Source of the DNA: Clostridiales bacterium
Lineage (GTDB): Bacteria > Bacillota > Clostridia > Christensenellales > CAG-138
DNA length: 64,000 nucleotides
Assembly (NCBI GenBank): GCA_004558525.1
Contig: SFCQ01000014.1
Span: forward strand, 67,346-131,345
Direction of reading: 5' to 3'
Part shown: piece after piece, positions 49,614 to 58,064 of the stretch
Position numbering within the stretch: the first letter of the stretch is position 1
Layout of the letters: each line of letters begins with the position of its first letter
Notes under the pieces: generated by a model
What the model was told of the DNA's origin: nothing
Seen by the model: only the letters and a program-made list of their open reading frames with translations
The model's database searches: none
Translations under genes and position numbers: made by a program

Positions 49614-50278
49614 GCAGCATATTGCTGATATCTACATCCGGCAGGGCCGCAAGTGCTGCCATAGCTAAGGACGGCATAACAATAAAGCAGGCGCTCAGCG
49701 ACAGCGGCCTTACCCATTCCGAGACCATAATGCCGCTTATCGATTCGCTCTTTTATGATGGCGATATCGCTTTAGCCGGTATTGACGCCGTGTGTGCAGA
49801 CGTTGGTCCAGGCTCCTTTACAGGGGTAAGGATAGGCGTATGCATAGCTAACGCCATTGCCTACGCCCTTAATAAGCCTGTAATAGAAGTAAGCTCCCTT
49901 GAGGCGCTTGCACGGGCAATAGAGACGTCAAGGCCCGTATGCGCCCTTATAGACGCGCGAAACGGCAACGGTTATGCGGCGCTTTATCATAACGGCAATG
50001 AGCTTATCCCTCCCTCCCCCGTGATTGTAGACGAGCTTTTGGGCAAGCTTCCCGAAAACACCGTTTTTACAGGCGACGGGGCAAAAATACACAGGGAAAG
50101 CATACTCAGCCGCATGCCGGGCGCAGGCTTTGCGGACGAAGCCGTGTATATGCTTACGGCCGGTATGCTCGCCGCTCCTGCAAACGAAAAGCTCGATTCG
50201 AACCTTACCGTAAAAGAGGCGCGGCCGCTGTATCTAAGGCCCACGCAGGCGGAGCGCATGTACAAGGAGCATAAATAA
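49610..50278 (+). CDS. tsaB: tRNA t6A37 biosynthesis protein TsaB
   Basis: YeaZ-like: GPGSFTGVRIG. ATGA overlap with tsaE. Confidence 0.85.
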
Positions 50279-50758
50279 ATGGCTGACATCATAAGGCCTA
50301 TGCAGGCAATGGATATAGACAGGGTGTACGAGCTGGAGCGCACATGCTTCCGCACGCCATGGTCAAGGCAGTCGCTTAAGGACGAGCTTACAAACAGCAT
50401 AGCGCATTACCTTGTTTTTGAAAGGGACAAAAGGGTAATTGCATATGCCGGAATGTGGATAATATACGATGAGGCGCATATAACCAACGTAGCCGTCGAT
50501 CCCGATTTCAGGCGGCAGGGCATAGCAAAAAGGGTCATGCTTTGCATGATGCGCACGGCGAGGCTTTTTGACGCGACGCAGATGACGCTTGAGGTCAGGG
50601 AAAACAATTTCGGCGCGCAGGCGCTTTACGCTCAGCTTGATTTTGAAAAGGCGGGCGTGCGCAAGGGGTATTATACGGACACAGGCGAAGCCGCATATAT
50701 AATGTGGAACAGCGATATCGGCTTGACACTGAGCAAAAGCAATGTTAGCATAGGTTGA
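50279..50758 (+). CDS. rimI: ribosomal-protein-alanine N-acetyltransferase
   Basis: GNAT motif RRQGIAKRVM. The tsaE-tsaB-rimI order is conserved. Confidence 0.85.
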   Translation: MADIIRPMQAMDIDRVYELERTCFRTPWSRQSLKDELTNSIAHYLVFERDKRVIAYAGMWIIYDEAHITNVAVDPDFRRQGIAKRVMLCMMRTARLFDATQMTLEVRENNFGAQALYAQLDFEKAGVRKGYYTDTGEAAYIMWNSDIGLTLSKSNVSIG

Positions 50759-50845
50759 ACACCGAAGGCAGATAAGATCAGGTGATGCACCGCCGGATCG
50801 ATCAGCGCTTCCAAAAAAAATATATTCTAAGGAGACACCGCACAA

Positions 50846-51244
50846 ATGAAGCAGATAATAAACGCATCAAACGCACCGGCAGCCATAGGCCCCTATAGCC
50901 ACGCTATAGAGATAGAAGGATATATATTCACCTCCGGCCAGCTCGGCATAGACCCCGCGACAGGTAAGCTTTGCGATGGCGTTGAGGCCCAGGCAAGGCA
51001 GGCCTTTACAAACATAAAGAACGTGCTTGAAGCTGCCGGCGCTTCTATGGACGATGTGCTTAAGACCACGGTCTTTGTTACCGACCTTAAGGATTTTGTA
51101 AAGGTCAACGCCATATATGCCGAGTTCTTCGCCCCCAACTTCCCCGCGCGCAGCTGCGTGCAGGTGGCGGCCCTTCCTGCCGGAGGTCTTGTTGAAATAG
51201 AGGTCATAGCCAACAAGGCTGCCGACGAGATAGCATCGTTCTGA
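50846..51244 (+). CDS. RidA/YjgF-family reactive-intermediate deaminase
   Basis: APAAIGPYSHAI, SGQLG and ARSCVQVAALP...VEIE, typical RidA motifs. Confidence 0.9.
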   Translation: MKQIINASNAPAAIGPYSHAIEIEGYIFTSGQLGIDPATGKLCDGVEAQARQAFTNIKNVLEAAGASMDDVLKTTVFVTDLKDFVKVNAIYAEFFAPNFPARSCVQVAALPAGGLVEIEVIANKAADEIASF

Positions 51245-51251
51245 TAAAGCT

Positions 51252-52481
51252 GTGGAAGGCGAGCTTATAAAAGGGTCTGCCTTCAATTATCGCCCGCTCG
51301 TGCCTTTAGCCATTGGGCTTGGCGGCGGCGTTATTATAGCCATGCACATTGAGGGAGCTGCCGCTGCTGTTGCGGCACTCCCTTTGCTTATGCTTGCATA
51401 TGCAGCATATAAGCTGAACAAGCGCATGTTCGCGCTTTTTCTTTTTGGCGCGGCCTTGGGGTTCGTCCGCATGCTGCCGCTGACTCTCGGCTCAAAACAG
51501 GCGCTTGATATCCTGCTGCAAAATGCAAAATACTCAAATACCGGCAGGTCTGAGCTTGCAGGGCTGATAGTCGATAAGCTCGCTGCACGCTGCGACGAGC
51601 TTTTTATTGAAGCATCCCCCATCGCAAGGGCCATACTTTTTAACGACAGGAGCAAGCTTGAGTATTTTCAAGGGGAGCTTTTCAGAACGGTCGGCGTATC
51701 GCACACGCTCGCGCTTTCCGGCCTGCATGTTTCCGCGCTGTCCGCCGCGATAATGTACGTTATACCGGCTTCAAGGGCCAAGCTTAGAGCCGTATCGGTA
51801 AGCCTGTTTTTGTGCTTGTACTGCGCGTTGGCAGGCTTTCCGGCATCGCTTGTCCGCGCTGCTATAATGTTTGCCTGCATATTGTTTGCGCCGTTGTTTT
51901 TAAGGAAGGCGGACACGCTTTCCTCTTTGTCGCTCGCATTTTTGCTAATTGTGCTTATTGCCCCGTTGAGCGTATATTCTGCCGGCTTCTGCCTGTCATT
52001 CTCCGCCGTTTTGGGCATCGCCATGCTGTATGCGCCGATAATGAAAAGACTCCCTTCCGTTATGGCTCCGGCGGCGGTCACCGTTGCCGCAACGCTTGGC
52101 ACGCTGCCGTTCACGCTGTCCTTTTTCGGTACGCTGCCGCTTTATTCCGTATTTGCGAACATATTCATAGTTCCGCTTATCACATTAGGACTCGTGCTCA
52201 GCTTTTGCTCAGTCGTGCTGTCATATATCGTATTCCCTCTTGGCAAGCTCATAGCCATACCTGCAAGGCTGCTTTTAGATGCAAGCGAGGCCGTGAGCGC
52301 ACTTTTTGCCAAGCTTCCCTGCTCCCTTATCGAGCTTAACGGCTTTGGCGGCGCGGGCTGCGCGCTGTACTTTGCGTCTATTGTCTTTCTGTCGCGCTAT
52401 TGCCTTATGCCAAGGCGTAAAAAGCTTATAATGGCTTCCGTATTCCTACTGCTCGCCGGCCTTACGCTTATTGTTCCGTGA
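51252..52481 (+). CDS. ComEC/Rec2-family membrane protein (competence channel domain only)
   Basis: Polytopic 409-aa protein with the VSHTLALSGLHV motif. Its position upstream of holA matches comEC in Bacillus. GTG start with no clear RBS, so the start is uncertain. Confidence 0.7.
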   Translation: MEGELIKGSAFNYRPLVPLAIGLGGGVIIAMHIEGAAAAVAALPLLMLAYAAYKLNKRMFALFLFGAALGFVRMLPLTLGSKQALDILLQNAKYSNTGRSELAGLIVDKLAARCDELFIEASPIARAILFNDRSKLEYFQGELFRTVGVSHTLALSGLHVSALSAAIMYVIPASRAKLRAVSVSLFLCLYCALAGFPASLVRAAIMFACILFAPLFLRKADTLSSLSLAFLLIVLIAPLSVYSAGFCLSFSAVLGIAMLYAPIMKRLPSVMAPAAVTVAATLGTLPFTLSFFGTLPLYSVFANIFIVPLITLGLVLSFCSVVLSYIVFPLGKLIAIPARLLLDASEAVSALFAKLPCSLIELNGFGGAGCALYFASIVFLSRYCLMPRRKKLIMASVFLLLAGLTLIVP

Positions 52482-52520
52482 AGTCTTGAAGGATGGCTGG
52501 ATATTGGATATAATATTTTT

Positions 52521-53507
52521 ATGGAACGCAATGAGTTTATTTTAGCGGCCAACAAGGGCGCCCTTTCGGGAGCATATCTTCTGCACGGCGAGGAGGACTT
52601 CATAAAGGAGAACACCCTCGCTTCCATTATTGCGCTTATAGATCCGGCGCTCAGGGACCTTAATATGGATGTTTTGGAGCAAGCCTCAGCAAACGATGTT
52701 ATAGCCGCCTGCGAAACGCTGCCGTTTATGGCGGAAAGGCGCATAGTGCTGTGCCGCTCATTGCCAAAGGACGATGACGCCGCAAAAATAGCCGAATATG
52801 TTCAGCATATTCCCGATACAACGCTGCTCATATTCTTTATAAGGGGAAAGGCAGACGGAAGGGCGGCTTTTGTAAAGGCGATGGCAAAGCTGAACAGGGC
52901 TGTCGAGTTTTGCCCGCTTACCGAGCTTGAAGCAAAGCGCTATATACAAAAGCAGGCTAAAGCTATAGGCGCGCCCATTACGGACGACGCCGCAGGCTTT
53001 TTTGTGGCCCTTGCCGGAACCGGCAGCGCCGCGCTCTATAATGAGCTTAACAAAGCGAGCGATTATGCAGGAGCAGGCAACGAAATAACGAAAGAAGCAA
53101 TAGCAAAAACCGTTACAAGGGAGATAGATTATGTTGTGTTTGAGGTGCTGGATCACTTTATAGCCGGACGGGTCGCGGACGGAATGAAAACGCTTAACGG
53201 GCTCATGGAAAACGGCGAAAAGGCAATAATGATAGCCGAACGCCTAAGGGACAAAGCCAAGCTTACAATACAGGCGCGCGAGCTTTTGGATAAGCGCACG
53301 GCTAAGGACGAGATAACCAGGCGGCTTGGCGTAAGCCCGGGCTATGCATGGAGGGTAAGCGACAGCGCCAAGCGCCTCACCAATGCGCAATTAAAGGGGC
53401 TTGCGGACGCGGCTTTGGCGTTGGCCGAGGTCACGACCATGCAGCTTACGGGAAAAGCCAGGGCCGAAGACGCGCTGATACATGCGCTTATGCTCGTTGT
53501 AGTATGA
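52521..53507 (+). CDS. holA: DNA polymerase III delta subunit
   Basis: The N-terminus (YLLHGEEDFIKE) and size fit HolA. It sits between comEC and rpsT, as in Bacillus. Confidence 0.82.
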   Translation: MERNEFILAANKGALSGAYLLHGEEDFIKENTLASIIALIDPALRDLNMDVLEQASANDVIAACETLPFMAERRIVLCRSLPKDDDAAKIAEYVQHIPDTTLLIFFIRGKADGRAAFVKAMAKLNRAVEFCPLTELEAKRYIQKQAKAIGAPITDDAAGFFVALAGTGSAALYNELNKASDYAGAGNEITKEAIAKTVTREIDYVVFEVLDHFIAGRVADGMKTLNGLMENGEKAIMIAERLRDKAKLTIQARELLDKRTAKDEITRRLGVSPGYAWRVSDSAKRLTNAQLKGLADAALALAEVTTMQLTGKARAEDALIHALMLVVV

Positions 53508-53587
53508 TGTTATCAAAACTCAGTTTAACGCAAATAAGCCGACCTTATATGGATCGGCTTTTATTCGCATTTGAGCTGAGCTAAAGC

Positions 53588-53854
53588 TCAGTTCGCCTTT
53601 GCGGCCAGCTTAAGGGCAAGCTGAGCCTTTTTGCGGTTGGCATTATTTTTATGTATAACGCCCTTGGCGGCAGCCTTATCAACGATGCTGACAGCGTTGA
53701 CATAAGCAGCGTCTACCGCAGCCTTGTCGCCGTTTTCAAGAGCCTTATCAAAGCCCTTTATAGCGGTCTTGACTCGGGACGTAATTACGCGATTGTTGAG
53801 GTTTTTCTTAGCGGTCACGCTGACGCGCTTCAAAGCGGACTTATGGTTTGCCAA
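53588..53854 (-). CDS. rpsT: 30S ribosomal protein S20
   Basis: MANHKSALKRVSVTAKKNLNNR..., a basic 88-aa protein. Confidence 0.95.
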   Translation of the reverse strand: MANHKSALKRVSVTAKKNLNNRVITSRVKTAIKGFDKALENGDKAAVDAAYVNAVSIVDKAAAKGVIHKNNANRKKAQLALKLAAKAN

Positions 53855-53893
53855 AACGGTTTCCCCCTTGTTATTTTTACTCGAACATCGGAC

Positions 53894-53922
53894 ATTATAT
53901 CACGCTCTTTTGCAGTTTGCAA
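53894..53922 (-). promoter_or_regulatory. near-consensus sigma-A promoter for rpsT
   Basis: On the minus strand: TTGCAA, 17 nt spacer, TATAAT. Confidence 0.5.
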
Positions 53923-53955
53923 GCATATTTCGTGCTTAGCGCACGATTTTTTCGC

Positions 53956-53985
53956 AAATATTGTGCGCCGCTTTCCCGCATACTA
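53956..53985 (+). promoter_or_regulatory. candidate forespore (sigma-G/F-type) promoter for gpr
   Basis: The -10-like CATACTA at 53979-53985 fits CATnnTA. AAATA lies 18 nt upstream and matches 4 of 5 positions of GHATR. In Bacillus, gpr is transcribed by sigma-F/G. Confidence 0.3.
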
Positions 53986-54023
53986 CATAAAGAGTCTATT
54001 TTAACCCAATAAGGAGGAGCAAA

Positions 54024-54947
54024 ATGTACGGCAATATACATACAGACCTTGCTATGGAGGCCCGCGAATCAAATTCCGCGCTCAACGGGGTCAGTGAAGA
54101 AAGGACGGACAACGAGCATTATTCCGTATCGCGCATAAAGATTGATACCGACGAAGCGGCAAGCGCGCTGCAAAAAAGCAAGGGCCTTTATATAACCATA
54201 GAGGCTCCCGACCTCGTGCTGAGGGAGTCTGAGCTTATCAAAGCGGTTACCGAGGCGCTTTCAGCGGAGCTTACAGGGCTTATAGATAAAGGCGGCACAT
54301 CGGGCACAGTTCTTGTTGTCGGGCTTGGCAACAGGGCCGTGACTCCTGATGCGCTCGGCCCAAAGACGGCCGAAAAAATACTCGTTACCCGCCACATAAA
54401 GCAATACATGCCGGACGCCATACCAAACGGAGTAAGAAGCGTGTGCGCCATCTCCCCCGGGGTTCTTGGGGTAACGGGCATAGAGACTATGGAGGTAATA
54501 CAGGGCATAGTGGAGCGTTCCAAGCCTTCGCTCATAATAGCCATAGATTCGCTTTCCTCAAGAAGGACAGAGCGCATAGCCTCCACAATACAGCTTTGCG
54601 ACGCCGGAATACAGCCGGGTGCGGGCGTAGGCAACATAAGGAGCGGGCTTGACGAGGCGAGCCTTGGCATACCCGTTATAGCAGTAGGAGTGCCGCTTGT
54701 TGTGTACGCAAGCACGATATCACGGGATACGATAGGGCTTATAGCGTCCGAGCTTGGGCTTTTAGGCAACGAGGAGAAGATAAAAGAGCTTGCCGCAAAG
54801 GCTATATCAGAAAAAACAGGCGAGCTTATAGTTACGCCAAAGGAGATAGATTCGCTTATAGAATGTACAAGCACCATATTGGCGGACGGCATAAACATGT
54901 GCCTGTTCGGTAAGGATTACGCGGAGGTGCGTTCTCTTATCGCATAA
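54024..54947 (+). CDS. gpr: germination protease GPR
   Basis: HTDLAMEA, VVGLGNRAVTPDALGP, SPGVLGVTGIET, AIDSL and GIPVIAVGVP, all matching GPR endopeptidase blocks. Confidence 0.92.
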   Translation: MYGNIHTDLAMEARESNSALNGVSEERTDNEHYSVSRIKIDTDEAASALQKSKGLYITIEAPDLVLRESELIKAVTEALSAELTGLIDKGGTSGTVLVVGLGNRAVTPDALGPKTAEKILVTRHIKQYMPDAIPNGVRSVCAISPGVLGVTGIETMEVIQGIVERSKPSLIIAIDSLSSRRTERIASTIQLCDAGIQPGAGVGNIRSGLDEASLGIPVIAVGVPLVVYASTISRDTIGLIASELGLLGNEEKIKELAAKAISEKTGELIVTPKEIDSLIECTSTILADGINMCLFGKDYAEVRSLIA

Positions 54948-54991
54948 GTGGGCATGCTCCCTCATACGATTAACGAGGGGAGGATAAGCCC

Positions 54992-55990
54992 ATGAGAAAA
55001 CGAAAGCGCGGCATACACGCCGCAGGAAAGCACAGCAGCGCAAAGCGCTTCGGCGTCATGCTTTTTGCCCTGGCGCTGATAGGCCTTGGCGCGGCTGCGC
55101 TGATACACGCAAGAAGCGCCTCAAAGCCGATAGAAACGCCTGAACCGAGCGATATGCCTCAGATTGAGATAGTGCTTGACAGGGTTGACGCAGATGAAGG
55201 CGTCAGCCATAAGGTGCTGCTTGAGCTTATGAAGATAGATTCAGGGAAAAAACCGGCTTCGCTTGGCTTATCCTCTGATAAGCCAACGGTACTGATATAC
55301 CATACACACGCAACGGAAGCCTATTTCCCAACAAAGGAGCATACTTATACGCCATCTTCAAAGTGGCGCACGCACGACAACAGCATGAACGTTGTCGCCG
55401 TCGGCGAAAGGCTATGCGCACTGCTTAAAGAAGAATATGGCATAACGGCAATACACGATACCACCGACCATGAGCCGCCAAAGCTTTCCACGGCATATTC
55501 GCGCTCGCTCATCACCATGCAAAAATACAAAAAAGAGTATCCTTCATTGGAGCTGTTTATTGACCTGCACAGGGATTCATACGGGCGCGATCCCGAAAAA
55601 GCGGCGGATTATATCACTGTAAACGGTAAAGAAAGCGCAAGGATAATGTTTGTTGTAGGCACGGGAGAGGGCGCGACCGGCGCCGGCTTTGACGAGATGC
55701 CCGATTTCCAATCCAACTTTGCGCTTGCAAAGGCGATAAGCGAATACCTTTCCTCGATACATCCTGAGCTTGCACGCAACATACGCGTAAAGGTCGGCCG
55801 CTACAACCAGCATGTTTCAAGCCATTGCCTGCTTGCGGAAATAGGCCACAACGCAAACACGCTTGAACAGGCTATGAACGCGGCGGAGTTCCTTGCGGAA
55901 GCCATAGCAAACGTTGCGGACGTGTCCCCCGCCTCCGCAGCGCCTGTCCCCGCCGAGACGGAGCGGCCGCCGCTTCAGCTATCGCCATAG
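54992..55990 (+). CDS. spoIIP: stage II sporulation protein P
   Basis: N-terminal TM helix, and the IYHTHATEAY and IDLHRD motifs. It follows gpr, as in Bacillus. Confidence 0.88.
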   Translation: MRKRKRGIHAAGKHSSAKRFGVMLFALALIGLGAAALIHARSASKPIETPEPSDMPQIEIVLDRVDADEGVSHKVLLELMKIDSGKKPASLGLSSDKPTVLIYHTHATEAYFPTKEHTYTPSSKWRTHDNSMNVVAVGERLCALLKEEYGITAIHDTTDHEPPKLSTAYSRSLITMQKYKKEYPSLELFIDLHRDSYGRDPEKAADYITVNGKESARIMFVVGTGEGATGAGFDEMPDFQSNFALAKAISEYLSSIHPELARNIRVKVGRYNQHVSSHCLLAEIGHNANTLEQAMNAAEFLAEAIANVADVSPASAAPVPAETERPPLQLSP

Positions 55991-56009
55991 CATACTTGTT
56001 TTAATGCGC

Positions 56010-57038
56010 TCAACGCCTTTGCGAGGGCAATGCAACTATAAACAGCGCGCCCCTGTTTATTTCGCTTTCAACATTTATTTCGCCGCCGGCAAGCTCAACT
56101 ATCCTTTTTGCAATAGTCAGCCCAAGGCCGTTGCCGGCGGTCGCGCGCGAGCCCGCGCCCTGATAGAACTGCTCAAATATATGCTTTTTTGTTTCTGCAT
56201 CCATGCCCACGCCGTGATCCTCTATCTCAACGCGCACGTTCTTGCCCATCCTTCCGCAGTATACCCTTATATCCCCGCCCTCGCGGCTGAATTTTATAGC
56301 GTTTGAAAACAGATTCAGCCAAACCTGGGCCAGCATCTCTTCATTTGATGTGAACTGCACCTCTTCAAGCTCTATATCAAGGTTTATATTCTTTTTGTTC
56401 CATTCCTTTTCAAGCAGAAGTATGCATGCGCGTATCTGCTCGTCAAGCCTGAAGGTGCTTATGTCGGTTATTATCTGCTGATTCTCCAGCCTTGTCAGCG
56501 TAAGTATGTTGGAGGCCATGTTGGTAAGCCGGTCCGATTCGTTTATGATTATGTCCGTATATTCGCTTCTTTGTTCGTCCGTAAGGTCGCTTTTTTTAAG
56601 CTGCCTTGCAAAGCCTCTTATCGACACCATAGGCGTTCTGAACTCATGCGAAAATGAGTTTATAAAGTCCCTTCTGAAAAGCTCCGTGCTGCCAAGCTCT
56701 TCCGCCATAACGTTGAAGCTCTTCATAAGCTCGCCAAGCTCGTTGTTAACGCTCGATTCCTCTACCCTTACGGAAAAATCGCCCTTGGCTATGCTTCTTG
56801 TGGCGTTTATAAGCTGCTTCATCGGCTTGAAGTACCATCTTGTCAAAAGCGCGCTTATGCCCGTGCCGACAACAACGCACACGCCAAGCGCCACCATCGG
56901 CCATATTATAGCCGGATATTTCACCTCCGGCAGCGCGTCAAGGAACACAAGCAGCAGCAGCACTATTACCGTAAGCACCGCTGTTGCGAGCATCACGGTA
57001 AACGTTGCTATCATCATCTGCGCGCCAAGCTTCTTCAT
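56010..57038 (-). CDS. sensor histidine kinase
   Basis: Two TM helices, a HAMP-like linker, H-box SHEFRTP, N-box NLFSNAIKF, G1 DHGVGM and G2 GNGLGL. Confidence 0.9.
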   Translation of the reverse strand: MKKLGAQMMIATFTVMLATAVLTVIVLLLLVFLDALPEVKYPAIIWPMVALGVCVVVGTGISALLTRWYFKPMKQLINATRSIAKGDFSVRVEESSVNNELGELMKSFNVMAEELGSTELFRRDFINSFSHEFRTPMVSIRGFARQLKKSDLTDEQRSEYTDIIINESDRLTNMASNILTLTRLENQQIITDISTFRLDEQIRACILLLEKEWNKKNINLDIELEEVQFTSNEEMLAQVWLNLFSNAIKFSREGGDIRVYCGRMGKNVRVEIEDHGVGMDAETKKHIFEQFYQGAGSRATAGNGLGLTIAKRIVELAGGEINVESEINRGALFIVALPSQRR

Positions 57039-57709
57039 TGCCTTTTCACCGCCTTGTAGCCGAGTCCGCGCACGGTGACAAGCTCGATATCCTCATTCGC
57101 CTTAAGCTTTTCGCGCAGCCTGTTTATATGCACGTCAACCGTTCTTTCATCCGTGTTGCTTTCCATATCCCATATCTCATCCATAAGCTGGCGCCTTGTG
57201 AATATATGGTTGGGATATGACAAAAGCTTGTACAGCAGCATGAACTCCTTTGGCGGCAGCTCGCGCTCGCCACCGTTATCGCTTAATGTCTGCCCGTCAT
57301 AATCAAGCGTAGTCGAGCCTATGGTGAGCTTTCTTTCGTTGACTATCCTGCTCCTTCTCAAAAGCGCGCTTATGCGCAGCATCATTTCTTCCTCGTCTAC
57401 CGGCTTCACCATATAGTCGTCCGTACCCGAAAGGAAGCCCTCCCTTTTATCGTTAGCGCTCTGCCTTGCGGTCACCATAAGTATAGGCACGTTGTTTGCG
57501 GCGCTTCTAAGCTCCTTTGCAAGCGCATATCCGTCCATGCGCGGCATCATAACGTCAAGCACGATAAGATCGACGTGCTTTTTATCCATAAGCTCAAGCG
57601 CCTCCACCCCATCCGCCGCCGGAATAGCCTCGTAGCCATTTTGCTCTATAACGGCCTGCATCAGCCGTCTTGAGTTAACATCATCCTCTACCACCATTAT
57701 CCGAAACAT
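57035..57709 (-). CDS. OmpR-family response regulator
   Basis: MFRIMVVEDD, DLIVLDVMMPRMDG and a C-terminal winged helix (RTVDVHINRLREKL). I set the start at 57709 (GGAGG 7 nt upstream). The ORF track starts at 57766. Confidence 0.9.
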   Translation of the reverse strand: MFRIMVVEDDVNSRRLMQAVIEQNGYEAIPAADGVEALELMDKKHVDLIVLDVMMPRMDGYALAKELRSAANNVPILMVTARQSANDKREGFLSGTDDYMVKPVDEEEMMLRISALLRRSRIVNERKLTIGSTTLDYDGQTLSDNGGERELPPKEFMLLYKLLSYPNHIFTRRQLMDEIWDMESNTDERTVDVHINRLREKLKANEDIELVTVRGLGYKAVKRQ

Positions 57710-57732
57710 CTGCATACCTCCGATATGGTTAT

Positions 57733-57805
57733 CATCACTTGACAAGGGGACACAGAAACGCCCCAAAGCAGACCTTCATGGCTTGTATGCCCTTGTCAAG
57801 TGATG
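57733..57805 (-). promoter_or_regulatory. 16-bp perfect inverted repeat (long hairpin or operator) in the response-regulator leader
   Basis: catcacttgacaaggg at 57733-57748 is the exact reverse complement of cccttgtcaagtgatg at 57790-57805. The loop is 41 nt. It ends 11 nt upstream of the RBS. Confidence 0.5.
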
Positions 57806-57815
57806 GTATGCTTGG

Positions 57816-57845
57816 ATTATAGCATACCGCGGCAAGCAAGACCAA
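57816..57845 (-). promoter_or_regulatory. candidate promoter of the RR-HK operon
   Basis: On the minus strand: TTGGTC, 18 nt spacer (the spacer ends tgc, giving a TGn extended -10), TATAAT. Confidence 0.4.
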
Positions 57846-57872
57846 CACAAAAAGCGGGCGTCAGCCCGCTTT

Positions 57873-58027
57873 AGAGTGTCAAAAAAGTGGCTGAACGCCA
57901 CTTTTTTGAGTTTTACGGGTTTTGCCTCTCGCATTCGCTCCCGGGCGGCAAAACCCGCAAAGTACGAAAACGGAATAAAGCTTAAGGGGCAGCCGCCCCT
58001 TAACAACCCCATGGTTTATCGACAAGC
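57873..58027 (+). repeat. structured intergenic repeat, copy 6 (42-nt internal deletion variant)
   Basis: It runs from agagtgtcaaaaaagtggc... to ...ggtttatcgacaagc. It lacks the block ctgaaggtttt.atccgttctgacgtgcatgccgtcagagcc that is present in the full copies. Confidence 0.9.
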
Positions 58028-58051
58028 AAAAGCGGGCTAACGCCCGCTTTT
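58028..58051 (-). terminator. intrinsic terminator of the PrsA-like gene
   Basis: aaaagcgggc-taac-gcccgctttt, a symmetric A-tract/stem/T-tract. A near-identical hairpin lies at 57850-57872, on the other side of repeat copy 6. Confidence 0.6.
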
Positions 58052-58064
58052 GATGCTTTTGCTG

